From an uncultured Chloroflexia bacterium (GTDB taxonomy: Bacteria; Chloroflexota; Limnocylindria; Limnocylindrales; CSP1-4): 64,000 bases of DNA. The DNA is taken from positions 1,472,001-1,536,000 of the forward strand of contig CAWHDR010000001.1 of assembly GCA_963828165.1 (NCBI GenBank), in the 5' to 3' direction. The position numbers were made by a program, and so were the translations under genes. The notes below the pieces were generated by a model that had not been told where the DNA came from, searched no databases, and worked only from the letters and a program-made list of their open reading frames with translations. Shown here one piece after another: positions 1 to 8,328 of the stretch. How positions within the stretch are numbered: position 1 is the stretch's first letter; every line of letters starts with the position of its first letter.

Positions 1-91
1 CACCGGTCCGCATGGTGATCTCCGGCACCAACGGGGCCGGCGCTGCGATCGTATTGGCGAGGATGAAGGCCTGGCGCTCGGCGGGGATCAC
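1..91 (-). CDS. Partial CDS (N-terminus only, runs off window), probable class I SAM-dependent methyltransferase of the predicted nicotinamide N-methylase type
   Basis: Own translation from GTG at 91: MIPAERQAFILANTIAAPAPLVPEITMRTG, resembling the FIxANT...PxVPEI N-terminus of this family; divergent from the GT87 gene. Confidence 0.45.
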   Translation of the reverse strand, partial: MIPAERQAFILANTIAAPAPLVPEITMRTG

Positions 92-153
92 GGGCCAAGT
101 CTGATGGTTGCGCCCGAGGTCAGGGCGGCGCGCCTCGCGGCTACCATCGCGAC

Positions 154-888
154 GTGAATGTGCGATGGACCGAGCTGTTCGACCGCCCGTCCATGGCGCT
201 CGCCGCATCCGCGGCGACCCTGCTGCTGCCGGTCCTGTTCGTGCTCGCCATCCCGAACCCGCTCGAGCAGGCGCCCGGGATCGATTTCGCCCTCTACCGC
301 GACGTGGCTGCACGCTGGGTCGACGGCGGACCGTTCTACGAGCCACGCCAGCTCTCCGGGCCGTACGAGGTCGCCCACGGCGACGTGCTCTACCCGCCCG
401 TCGGGCTGTGGTTGTTCGTCCCGTTCACGGTCCTTCCGGCCGTGCTCTGGTGGGGCATCCCCGCCGCGCTGACGATCTGGGCCGTATGGCGCGTGCGTCC
501 GCGGCCGGCAGTCTGGCCGCTCATGGCGCTCTGCCTGGCGTGGCCGACCACGCCGCTCAAGATCTGGACGGGCAACCCGGTCATCTGGTGCATGGCGGCC
601 ATGTCGATCGCCATCGTCTACCGCTGGGCCGCGCCCTTCGTGCTCCTGAAACCCAGCCTGTTCCCGTTCGCCTTGTTCGGGTTCCGAGAGCGCTCGTGGT
701 GGATCGGGCTGGTCGTGTTCGTGGCGCTGTGCGTGCCGTTCGGAGCGCTGTGGGCCGACTGGGTCGCCTCGGTCCTCAATTCCCGTGGCAGCGGGCCGCT
801 CTACTCCGTGCTGGAGGCGCCGATGCTGCTCTTTCCGCTGATCGCCTGGGCGGGTGCGACCCGTGGGAGGCGCCGGTCGGACTCGTGA
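154..888 (+). CDS. Polytopic membrane glycosyltransferase, GT87/DUF2029-like
   Basis: DFxxY near N-terminus, LYPP motif, GN motif, LLKP motif, multiple hydrophobic helices. Confidence 0.7.
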   Translation: MNVRWTELFDRPSMALAASAATLLLPVLFVLAIPNPLEQAPGIDFALYRDVAARWVDGGPFYEPRQLSGPYEVAHGDVLYPPVGLWLFVPFTVLPAVLWWGIPAALTIWAVWRVRPRPAVWPLMALCLAWPTTPLKIWTGNPVIWCMAAMSIAIVYRWAAPFVLLKPSLFPFALFGFRERSWWIGLVVFVALCVPFGALWADWVASVLNSRGSGPLYSVLEAPMLLFPLIAWAGATRGRRRSDS

Positions 889-970
889 TATGCCCCAAGG
901 CGTTGCAGACGTGCGACAAGCGGCCCCAAAGGGTGGCCCAGAGAGTCAATGCCCCATACACTGCCAGCCG

Positions 971-2191
971 ATGACCGAGCTTGCGCGCGACCCGGCGGGT
1001 GCCGGCCGCGCCGATCCGATCCTGCGCCTCGTCGAATCGCTGGCCACACGCCGCGACTCGAGCGATACGGGTTCGGCCGACGCGGACCGGTACCGCGCGT
1101 TCCTCGAGGCCCTGGGCGTCGCGGTCTACACCACCGACGCGGACGGCCGGATCACGTTCTACAACGAGGCCGCGGCAGAACTGTGGGGACGCCGGCCCGA
1201 GCTTGGCGAGGAGTGGTGCGGCTCCTTCCGGTTGTTCTGGACTGACGGAACGCCGCTGGCCCACGGTGACTGCCCCATGGCGATCGCCCTGAAGGAAGGT
1301 CGCTCGGTCCGCGGCTTCACCGCGATCGCCGAGCGCCAGGACGGCAGCCGGGTCGATTTCCAGCCCTACCCGACCCCGCTCTACGACCAGGGCGGACGGA
1401 TGATCGGCGCCGTGAACGTCCTGGTCGATATCACCGAACGGCGCCGCATGGAGGACGACCTCCGGGCGTCGGCCGAGGCGCTCGCTGCGTCCAACAGCGT
1501 GAAGGACGACTTCGTCGGGTTGATCTCCCATGAGCTGCGGACCCCGGTGACGACGATCTACGGCAACGCCCAGCTGCTGCGAGATCGTGTCGACCGCCTG
1601 CCAGAGGAGACCCGCGACGCGATGGTCGTCGACATCGCCGAGGATTCCGAGCGCCTCCTCGAGATCATCGAGAACCTGCTGCTGCTCTCCCGGATGCAGG
1701 CGGGCACGTCCGCGGAGCTGGAGCCGCAGGTCCTGACCCACGTGATCCGGCACGAGATCGGGGCCTTCTCGCGGCGACATCCGCACCGCGACATCCGGTT
1801 CGTGGGGATCCCCGGACACCACGTCGTCGTCGAGGCGGACCGCACGCACCTCGTCCTCCTGCTGCAGAACCTCCTCACGAACGCCCACAAGTACGGTGGC
1901 CCCGACGGCGCGATCGACGTGACGCTCGAGACGGTGGACCGCGAGGCGCTCGTCCGCGTGCTCGACCGGGGCCTCGGCCTCGACGACACCGATGCCGCCC
2001 GACTGTTCTCGCCGTTCTATCGCAGCACGGAGGCGCAGCGGACGGCCAGCGGCCTGGGTCTCGGGCTACCCGTCTGCGAGCGGATCGTCACGGCGCTGGG
2101 CGGGCGCCTGTGGGCCTCTCCACGGGAGGGCGGTGGCGCCGAGTTCGGGTTCGCGCTGCCGCTGGCACCGGCGCTCGGCGAGAGCGAGTAG
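971..2191 (+). CDS. Cytoplasmic PAS-domain sensor histidine kinase
   Basis: PAS (VYTTDADGRITFYNEAA...NVLVDITERR), H-box SHELRTP, N-box NLLTNAHKY, DRGLG, GLGLGL; no adjacent response regulator. Confidence 0.9.
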   Translation: MTELARDPAGAGRADPILRLVESLATRRDSSDTGSADADRYRAFLEALGVAVYTTDADGRITFYNEAAAELWGRRPELGEEWCGSFRLFWTDGTPLAHGDCPMAIALKEGRSVRGFTAIAERQDGSRVDFQPYPTPLYDQGGRMIGAVNVLVDITERRRMEDDLRASAEALAASNSVKDDFVGLISHELRTPVTTIYGNAQLLRDRVDRLPEETRDAMVVDIAEDSERLLEIIENLLLLSRMQAGTSAELEPQVLTHVIRHEIGAFSRRHPHRDIRFVGIPGHHVVVEADRTHLVLLLQNLLTNAHKYGGPDGAIDVTLETVDREALVRVLDRGLGLDDTDAARLFSPFYRSTEAQRTASGLGLGLPVCERIVTALGGRLWASPREGGGAEFGFALPLAPALGESE

Positions 2192-2205
2192 CACCGGCGG
2201 CCCGC

Positions 2206-2487
2206 ATGAAAGGCGATCGCGTCGAGGCGTTGGTCGATACCGGCGGCGGCGTGCAGACGTTCGACATCGTCGCCACCAAGGCAGGCCGGCGGATCGAGGT
2301 CAATAGCGCGCGCGGTGTCGTGGAAGTCACCGAGGTCACCAGATCCGGCAAGACCGTGCGGACCGGCCGGTTCATGGCCAACCGGCTCGTCGCCCTGATC
2401 GAACATCCGGCCGAAGGGCCGAGCAGCGCCTCGGTCGAGGTCTCCGAGCGCCGCCGGCTTCGGCCGGGCGACGGTTCGGCCGGGTGA
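2206..2487 (+). CDS. Small hypothetical beta-rich protein
   Basis: ATG 14 nt after kinase stop; GC3-biased codons; MKGDRVEALVDTGGG... Confidence 0.6.
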   Translation: MKGDRVEALVDTGGGVQTFDIVATKAGRRIEVNSARGVVEVTEVTRSGKTVRTGRFMANRLVALIEHPAEGPSSASVEVSERRRLRPGDGSAG

Positions 2488-2606
2488 ACGCGAGGCGGAC
2501 CCGGCTTGCCGCGGTCGCGCCCGAAGAACGCCCCGAGGCTGCGCTCGTCGCCGTGGAGCGCGGTGACGCCGTCTTCCAGGCCGCGGCGTGACGTATGGAG
2601 GTGGGC

Positions 2607-2966
2607 ATGGCGACGTCGCCGGAGGTCAACGCCTGGTTCGAGCGATACGACAACCCGATGAAACCCGTGGTCCTGCGAATCCGGGAGATCGTGCTCGAGG
2701 CGGATCCGCGGATCACTGAAACCGTGAAATGGCAGGCGCCGACATTCACCTACAAGGGCAACCTGGCCAGCTTTTACCCCAAGAGCCGGCAACACGCCAG
2801 CCTGTTGTTCCACCTGGGTGCGAAGATCCCGGGCGAGCATCCGCGCCTCGAAGGGACTGGCGACACGTCCCGGGTGATGAAGATCCGGAGCCTGGACGAG
2901 GTCGAGGCCGCTCGGACGGAGCTGGCTGCGATCGTCAAGGCGTGGTGCGATTGGCGCGAAGGCTGA
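2607..2966 (+). CDS. DUF1801 (YdhG-like) protein
   Basis: IREIVLEADPRITETVKWQAPTF motif; GGAGG SD before ATG 2607. Confidence 0.85.
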   Translation: MATSPEVNAWFERYDNPMKPVVLRIREIVLEADPRITETVKWQAPTFTYKGNLASFYPKSRQHASLLFHLGAKIPGEHPRLEGTGDTSRVMKIRSLDEVEAARTELAAIVKAWCDWREG

Positions 2967-3005
2967 CGACCGTATGGGTCGGCGGCAGCGGGTCGATCCG
3001 CCTGC

Positions 3006-3174
3006 TTCGACTGGGACGACGGCAGCCGCGTGAACGTCACCTTCGGCGCAACCGGCGATGCGATGAGCCCGGTCGCCGTCGAGCATGACACCGGCCCGAC
3101 GCCCGAGCCGCGGCCACCGCAGGGCCTACTGGCGCGACCGCCTGACCGCGCTCAAGACCTTGCTCGAGGGGTGA
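3006..3174 (+). pseudogene. Frameshifted C-terminal remnant of an SRPBCC/AHSA1-like protein
   Basis: FDWDDGSRVNVTFGATGDAMSPVAVEH, then after a frame change RAYWRDRLTALKTLLEG-stop; no start. Confidence 0.55.
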
Positions 3175-3178
3175 GCCA

Positions 3179-4255
3179 TCAAGGGCGGGGCCATGCCTGA
3201 TCCCAGCCGTCCGGCCCCAGCTCCCACACGTCGAGCTGGTGGGAACCGCCGGGTTGCGCGATCCCACCGACCAGGACGAGGACTCCCCGTTTGACGTCGA
3301 ACGCCAGGGCGTGCCCGTTCCGGGGCGTGGGGGCCGTCCCCGTGGACACCTTCGACCAGGCGTCCGTCCATCGCCAGGTGTCTGCCGCCATGGGCGTGTC
3401 GAGCCCGGTGCCCCCACCGAACATGACGATGCCGCCGAGTCGGTCGTCCCAGACGCCCGGGGAGTTGACACGCGGACCGGGGCCCTCGGGGTCCGCAACC
3501 TCGAGCCACGCCCCGTCACTCCAGCGCCACGTGTCGGCCAGGAAGTCGCCGTCGTTGCCATCGACCCAGTGACCGCCCTGCAGGAGGATGGCGTCGGTCG
3601 AACGGTCCTCCGTCATCAGGCTGACGAAGCGCGGGCGCGGGCCGACCTCGGCGATCCGCTCCCACTCGCCGCCCTCCCACGCCCACGTGTCCGCTTGCTG
3701 AACAGCGCCGGTCGAGCCGCCGAACAGCACCATCCGGTGTGAGGCGGCGTCAAAAGCGAGGCCGGCGCCCTCGCGCGGACCGGGCCCCGGGGCCGTGGTC
3801 ACCGACCAATCGCGGCCGTCCCATTCGAGGGTCTCGTCGAAGGCTTCGCCACCCCCGTCCACGCCACCGTGGACCACGACGACCTCTCGCTCTGGGTCGC
3901 GCCCGAGCGCGGCGAAGCTGCGCGCCGGGGGTCCCGCGGCGTCAAGGAGCTCCCATCCCTCGCCGCTCCAGCGCCACAGCTCCGTCGGCCGATCGGGACC
4001 GTTCTCGGTCGCGCCGTTGACAAGGACGACCCCCTCGAGCCGAGGATCGTAGAAGAGGCCGAACGTCTGGCCAAGCACCAGGCCGGCGACGCGGCCCGAG
4101 GGCGCGGGACTGCCGGATCCTGATGCCTCCGGCGCTGGTATTCCGTCCGAAGGAGGCGGCTCGCCCCGTAGCGGTGCCGCGGTGTCGGCAGGAGGGCCAC
4201 CGCAGGCGACGATGACGATGAGCGTTGCCACCACGAACAGACAGCGACCGGGCAT
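3179..4255 (-). CDS. Lipoprotein with Kelch-like beta-propeller repeats
   Basis: Lipobox-like VACG, Pro/Ser linker, repeated LFGG...DTWxWxGxxW units. Confidence 0.85.
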   Translation of the reverse strand: MPGRCLFVVATLIVIVACGGPPADTAAPLRGEPPPSDGIPAPEASGSGSPAPSGRVAGLVLGQTFGLFYDPRLEGVVLVNGATENGPDRPTELWRWSGEGWELLDAAGPPARSFAALGRDPEREVVVVHGGVDGGGEAFDETLEWDGRDWSVTTAPGPGPREGAGLAFDAASHRMVLFGGSTGAVQQADTWAWEGGEWERIAEVGPRPRFVSLMTEDRSTDAILLQGGHWVDGNDGDFLADTWRWSDGAWLEVADPEGPGPRVNSPGVWDDRLGGIVMFGGGTGLDTPMAADTWRWTDAWSKVSTGTAPTPRNGHALAFDVKRGVLVLVGGIAQPGGSHQLDVWELGPDGWDQAWPRP

Positions 4256-4415
4256 GCGGGGACTCCTGCGAGGTCAGTCGTGGCGGTAGTACACCGGCCG
4301 GGGCTTGATGGTTCCGGTCGGACGAAACACCGCAGTCGAGCGAGCGTGTCAGTTTTCTATCGCGCAACGACGGCGTCCCCGCCATGTGCGAAAGACGCCG
4401 TGGCCGTCACCGATG

Positions 4416-4583
4416 TCAGGGACAGTAGTACGGGGCCAGGTCCACGCCGTCGGCAGGATGCGGCCCGTTAACGCTGAGCACGTTGCCGGACTCGTCGAAC
4501 ACGATGCGACCAGCGTCGCGGATCCGAACGCCATTTGGCCCGATGAGATGGATGGGCTTGCCAACCACCGTGCGCGTCCCGTC
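4416..4583 (-). pseudogene. C-terminal remnant of a probable secreted protein
   Basis: Codon-biased segment DGTRTVVGKPIHLIGPNGVRIRDAGRIVFDESGNVLSVNGPHPADGVDLAPYYCP-stop with no plausible start; hairpin at 4371-4400 downstream. Confidence 0.4.
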
Positions 4584-4802
4584 CGCAGGCTGACGCGCCT
4601 TACGGAGCGCGAGCGCGAAGCCCTCGGGCAGATCGCCGAGGGACGCTCCAACCGGCCGATCGCCGAGCGACTCGGGATCACGACGAAGACGCTCGAGGGG
4701 ATGAGCGGCACGATCTTTGGCAAGCTCGGGCTCGAAGACGACCCGGACGTCAACCGTCGCGTGCTGGCCGTGCTGCTCTATCTCGACGGAGCCGGTGAGT
4801 AG
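4581..4802 (+). pseudogene. Isolated LuxR/NarL-type C-terminal HTH; receiver domain absent
   Basis: LTEREREALGQIAEGRSNRPIAERLGITTKT...IFGKLGL...NRRVLAVLLYL. Confidence 0.7.
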
Positions 4803-4816
4803 CGGACCGACCTTCG

Positions 4817-6154
4817 TCAGGCGGCCGGCGCCTCGACCTTGGCCTGCCCGACGGGCTCGTTCGCCGCGGCGGCGTACCGGCTCGAAAGCGTTCGGTACGG
4901 GCCGGAACGCAGCGCAAGGAGCGTCACGAGCAGCCCGATGGTGCCGGCGATGATGAAGATCAGCGCCATGCCACGATCGGGCCCGGTGCCGAACCACGAC
5001 CCGATGCTGTCGGCAAGCGCGCCGCCGGTCATGGACGGGATCACCCAGAACTGCGCGATGGGACCGATGAGGAACGCGGTGATCGGTGAGGCTGCGGTCT
5101 CGAGGGTCTGCGCGAAACCGAAGACCCGGCCCTGCTCCCCGAAGGGCACGACCTTCTGGATGACCGTCTGCTCCGATGCCTCCGCGACCGGGGCGAGGAA
5201 CAGGTAGACGAAGAACCCGATCGCGAGCGGCAGGATCTCGGAGCGGATGGGAAAGATGATCGTCACGCTCCACATCACGACGTTCGCGAGCAACAGCGTC
5301 CTGACCGGGTTGACACCCAGCCCGCGTCGGGCGACGAAGATCCCGCCGACGATGAACCCGAGGCTGGTGAAGGCGATCAGGAAGCCCCATGCCTCGACCG
5401 ACATCAGGGTCAGTCCGTAGGGGTCCATCAGCGACATGAACACGCCGCCCAGGAAATTGTTGAACATCGAGAAGAGCAGCAGCCCGAGCAGCCCGGGGAC
5501 GAGCCCGACCGCCCGGATCGCGCCCGCGATGTCGATCATTCGAGGCGAATCGGCGCTCGGCGTGGGCGCCTCCTCCTCGATGCGGATCGTCATGAGATGC
5601 GCCGCAGCGAGGGCCGTGACGACCACGGCGATGAGCACGCACGCGCCCATCCCGAGCTGACCGACGGCCAGACCGCTGAACACCGAGGTCAGGGCGAATG
5701 CGACCCCATTCGCCGTCCCCACCAGCCCGTTCGCACGATCGCGGCCCTCCTCCGGGACCAGGAGCGTGACCGTGGTCGAGAGGGCGACGGATCGCAGGTT
5801 GCCGGCGATGGCACCGCCCAGCACGAGTGCGATGAACGCCCAGAAGGCGGGGTGGCTGAGATCCCGCAGCGCCGAAGCCGGCGCGACGACGAAGACCACG
5901 CCGGCGAGCGCGAAGGCCGAGAGCGAGAGCCCGCTCGAGAGCAGCATCGACGTCCGTCGAAGGTGCCGATCGACGAAGGTCCCGAAGAACATCGCCGAGA
6001 GGGCGACCAGCAGCATGTACCCGCCGCCGATGATCGCCGTGGCCAGGACGGAGCGGGTCTCGATGTAGACCCAGAACGTCAGCGCGAACCACAGGAAGTT
6101 ATTCGTGACGTTGGCCACGAGCGTGTTTGCGACGAGCAGATGGAACGTACGCAT
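4817..6154 (-). CDS. MFS transporter, DHA3-like efflux
   Basis: About 12 hydrophobic segments, GTFVDRHLRR motif A, EQGRVFG. Confidence 0.9.
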   Translation of the reverse strand: MRTFHLLVANTLVANVTNNFLWFALTFWVYIETRSVLATAIIGGGYMLLVALSAMFFGTFVDRHLRRTSMLLSSGLSLSAFALAGVVFVVAPASALRDLSHPAFWAFIALVLGGAIAGNLRSVALSTTVTLLVPEEGRDRANGLVGTANGVAFALTSVFSGLAVGQLGMGACVLIAVVVTALAAAHLMTIRIEEEAPTPSADSPRMIDIAGAIRAVGLVPGLLGLLLFSMFNNFLGGVFMSLMDPYGLTLMSVEAWGFLIAFTSLGFIVGGIFVARRGLGVNPVRTLLLANVVMWSVTIIFPIRSEILPLAIGFFVYLFLAPVAEASEQTVIQKVVPFGEQGRVFGFAQTLETAASPITAFLIGPIAQFWVIPSMTGGALADSIGSWFGTGPDRGMALIFIIAGTIGLLVTLLALRSGPYRTLSSRYAAAANEPVGQAKVEAPAA

Positions 6155-6244
6155 CAGGTCACCAGCATGACGGCGCTACGGTCGGGGTCTGGGTCGTCCA
6201 CCGTCGCGCACCGTCGAGCAGGGCCCTGGAGCCCACGGGAACGG

Positions 6245-6289
6245 TGGAGCCGACACGCGGATTCTATCCGAGGCCTCGCTGTTTGCGAA
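6245..6289 (-). repeat. Degenerate copy of the 3' half of tRNA-Thr(CGT), putative att scar
   Basis: tggagccgacacgcggattctatccgaggcctcgctgtttgcgaa matches 22193-22237 at 37/45 positions ungapped, same orientation. Confidence 0.8.
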
Positions 6290-6454
6290 GTCGGCATCCC
6301 AAAAGGGGGCGGAGCGGACCCCGACGGGCCGGCTCCCAGGTCGAGCGGCCTGGTTTCCGACTTCTAGCGTGGCGGTCGACGTTGGGGGAACGACGGACTC
6401 GCGCAGGAATCCTCGCGTCCGAAATGGTAAAGTGAGCGAGTCAGCTACGTTCTG

Positions 6455-6473
6455 GTAGATTTGAGTAGGTTTG
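6455..6473 (+). promoter_or_regulatory. 10-bp-period direct repeats overlapping a likely -10 box and start of the HTH gene
   Basis: GTAGATTTG (6455-6463) and GTAGGTTTG (6465-6473); weaker CTACGTTCTG at 6445. Confidence 0.4.
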
Positions 6474-7171
6474 TGACTCGATCAGCGTCCCGCGACCCCG
6501 ACTGGGTGGGCCTCTCGGAGGCAAGCCGCGTGCTCGGCGTCTCACCTGCCACGCTCCGCCGCTGGAGCGATGCCGGCCGCCTTCGGGTGTTCACGACACC
6601 TGGCGGCCACCGGCGGTTCTCCCGATCTGCCCTCGAACGCCTCCTCCCGGCGGACAGATCTCGACGCCCATCGATCGGTGGCGCCGGCCTGTCGCCGAGC
6701 CGGATCGCACGGAGCTACCGGCGGGCGAGCCGCGAGGCGGCGCCGGAGCTCCCCTGGGTCCTGACCCTGACCGACGAGCAGCGCCTCCTGTTCCGGGAGC
6801 GGGGCCACGTCCTCGCCGCGAGCCTCCTCCAGTACCTTGACGCGCCGCAGCCCGAAGCGGCGACGCATCATCTGAAAGAGGCATCCGCCTCGGCCGCCGA
6901 GTACGGCACCGTTGCGGCGGCACTCGGCCTGTCTCTCAGCCAGACGGTCGAGGGCTTCCTCCGCTTCCGCGCGCCGTTCCATCACGAGCTGGCGGTGGCG
7001 GCTCGCCGGCGCGGGTTCGACACGGCCGAGACGACGGACCTGCTCGAGACCGCGGAGCGGGCGATGGATCGGCTGCTGGTGGCCACGATGACGGGCCACA
7101 CTCGAGCCGCTGGCACGGGCGGTCGACCCCGCCCGATAGCGGAGCGGACCGGGAAGGATCGCGAGGCGTGA
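6473..7171 (+). CDS. Excisionase/MerR-like HTH regulator with C-terminal helical putative sensor domain; first gene of heme operon
   Basis: WVGLSEASRVLGVSPATLRRWSDAGRLRVFTTPGGHRRF; GTGA overlap with hemA. Confidence 0.85.
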   Translation: MTRSASRDPDWVGLSEASRVLGVSPATLRRWSDAGRLRVFTTPGGHRRFSRSALERLLPADRSRRPSIGGAGLSPSRIARSYRRASREAAPELPWVLTLTDEQRLLFRERGHVLAASLLQYLDAPQPEAATHHLKEASASAAEYGTVAAALGLSLSQTVEGFLRFRAPFHHELAVAARRRGFDTAETTDLLETAERAMDRLLVATMTGHTRAAGTGGRPRPIAERTGKDREA

Positions 7172-8328
7172 ACGAGGCACCGTCCGTGCCGATCCTCGCG
7201 CTCGTGACCCATGCGCGTCACGTCCCTGCCATCGAGCGTGAGCGGTTCGCCACGGCCCTTCACCGGGAGTCGACCGGCCGAGCGTTCACGTTGGAGACCT
7301 GCCATCGGGTGGAGGCCTATGTCGGGAACGCCGACGACGCCGCGCGCCTCGCACTGGCACTGCCGGAGGGTGCTCGAACGTTGACCGGCGAGCAGGCGGT
7401 TCACCACGCGATGACCGTGGCCGTCGGGCGCGATTCAGTCGTCGTCGGCGAGGATCAGATCCTTCACCAGCTTCGGGCTTCGGTGGACGCGGCCCGCGCC
7501 GCCGGTACGCTCGACCCGGCGCTCGAACGCCTCTTCGCTTTTGCACTCCAGGCGGGGCGTCGGGCGAGGTCGTGGCGCCAGGGCCCAGGACGCTCGCTTG
7601 CAGAAGTCGCCCTTGCGTCGATCGAGCGCGAGGTGGGCACGCTCCGGGGCCACGAGATCCTCGTCGTCGGAGCCGGCAGGATGGGGCGGATGGCGGCACG
7701 TGCTGCGGTCGCCGCCGGAGCTTCCGTCGCTGTCGCGAACCGATCGGCCGACGGCGCCGCAGCGCTCGCCGCTTCGACTGGCGCCCGATTCGAGATGTTC
7801 GACCCCGACGCCCGGATCCGCGGGTTCGCCGGCGTCGTCGTGGCGCTCGCGGGGCCGTGGCCGATCGGGGCCGCCACGATCGATGCGCTGGCCGGGAGCG
7901 CGACCGTCGTGGTCGATCTCTCCGTGCCGGCGGCGATCCCCGTCTCGCTCGCGGAGATCCTTGGCGAGCGTCTCATCACGGCCGATGCTCTCGCCCTTGC
8001 CGACATCGGCCCTGCGGCGCAGGACGGTTCGGTAGCTCGACTCGACGCGCTCATCGAGCGCTCGACATTGGAGTTCCTGGCCTGGCTCCAGGGACGTGAC
8101 GGGCGGTCGGCCGCCGAGGCCCTGAAGCAGCGCGCGGATCGTGAGCGCGAGGCCGAGCTCGCGGCACTCTGGCGGCGGTTGCCTGGTCTCGAACCCGAGG
8201 CACGCACCGCGATCGAAGGAATGACCCGGCATCTCGCCGATCGGCTTCTTCGCGAACCACTCGAGCGCCTTGGTCGGGACACCGACGGCCGTGACGGGCG
8301 GGCGATCCGGGACATCTTCGCCCTGTGA
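7168..8328 (+). CDS. hemA: Glutamyl-tRNA reductase (divergent, compact)
   Basis: TCHRVEAY catalytic Cys motif, DSVVVGEDQIL, GAGRMG, ANRS, VDLSVP. Confidence 0.85.
   Translation: MNEAPSVPILALVTHARHVPAIERERFATALHRESTGRAFTLETCHRVEAYVGNADDAARLALALPEGARTLTGEQAVHHAMTVAVGRDSVVVGEDQILHQLRASVDAARAAGTLDPALERLFAFALQAGRRARSWRQGPGRSLAEVALASIEREVGTLRGHEILVVGAGRMGRMAARAAVAAGASVAVANRSADGAAALAASTGARFEMFDPDARIRGFAGVVVALAGPWPIGAATIDALAGSATVVVDLSVPAAIPVSLAEILGERLITADALALADIGPAAQDGSVARLDALIERSTLEFLAWLQGRDGRSAAEALKQRADREREAELAALWRRLPGLEPEARTAIEGMTRHLADRLLREPLERLGRDTDGRDGRAIRDIFAL

Noticed and set aside
6245-6289. Second functional tRNA gene
   Set aside because: Only the 3' half is present, the T-loop is mutated, and the D-arm and 5' acceptor strand are absent
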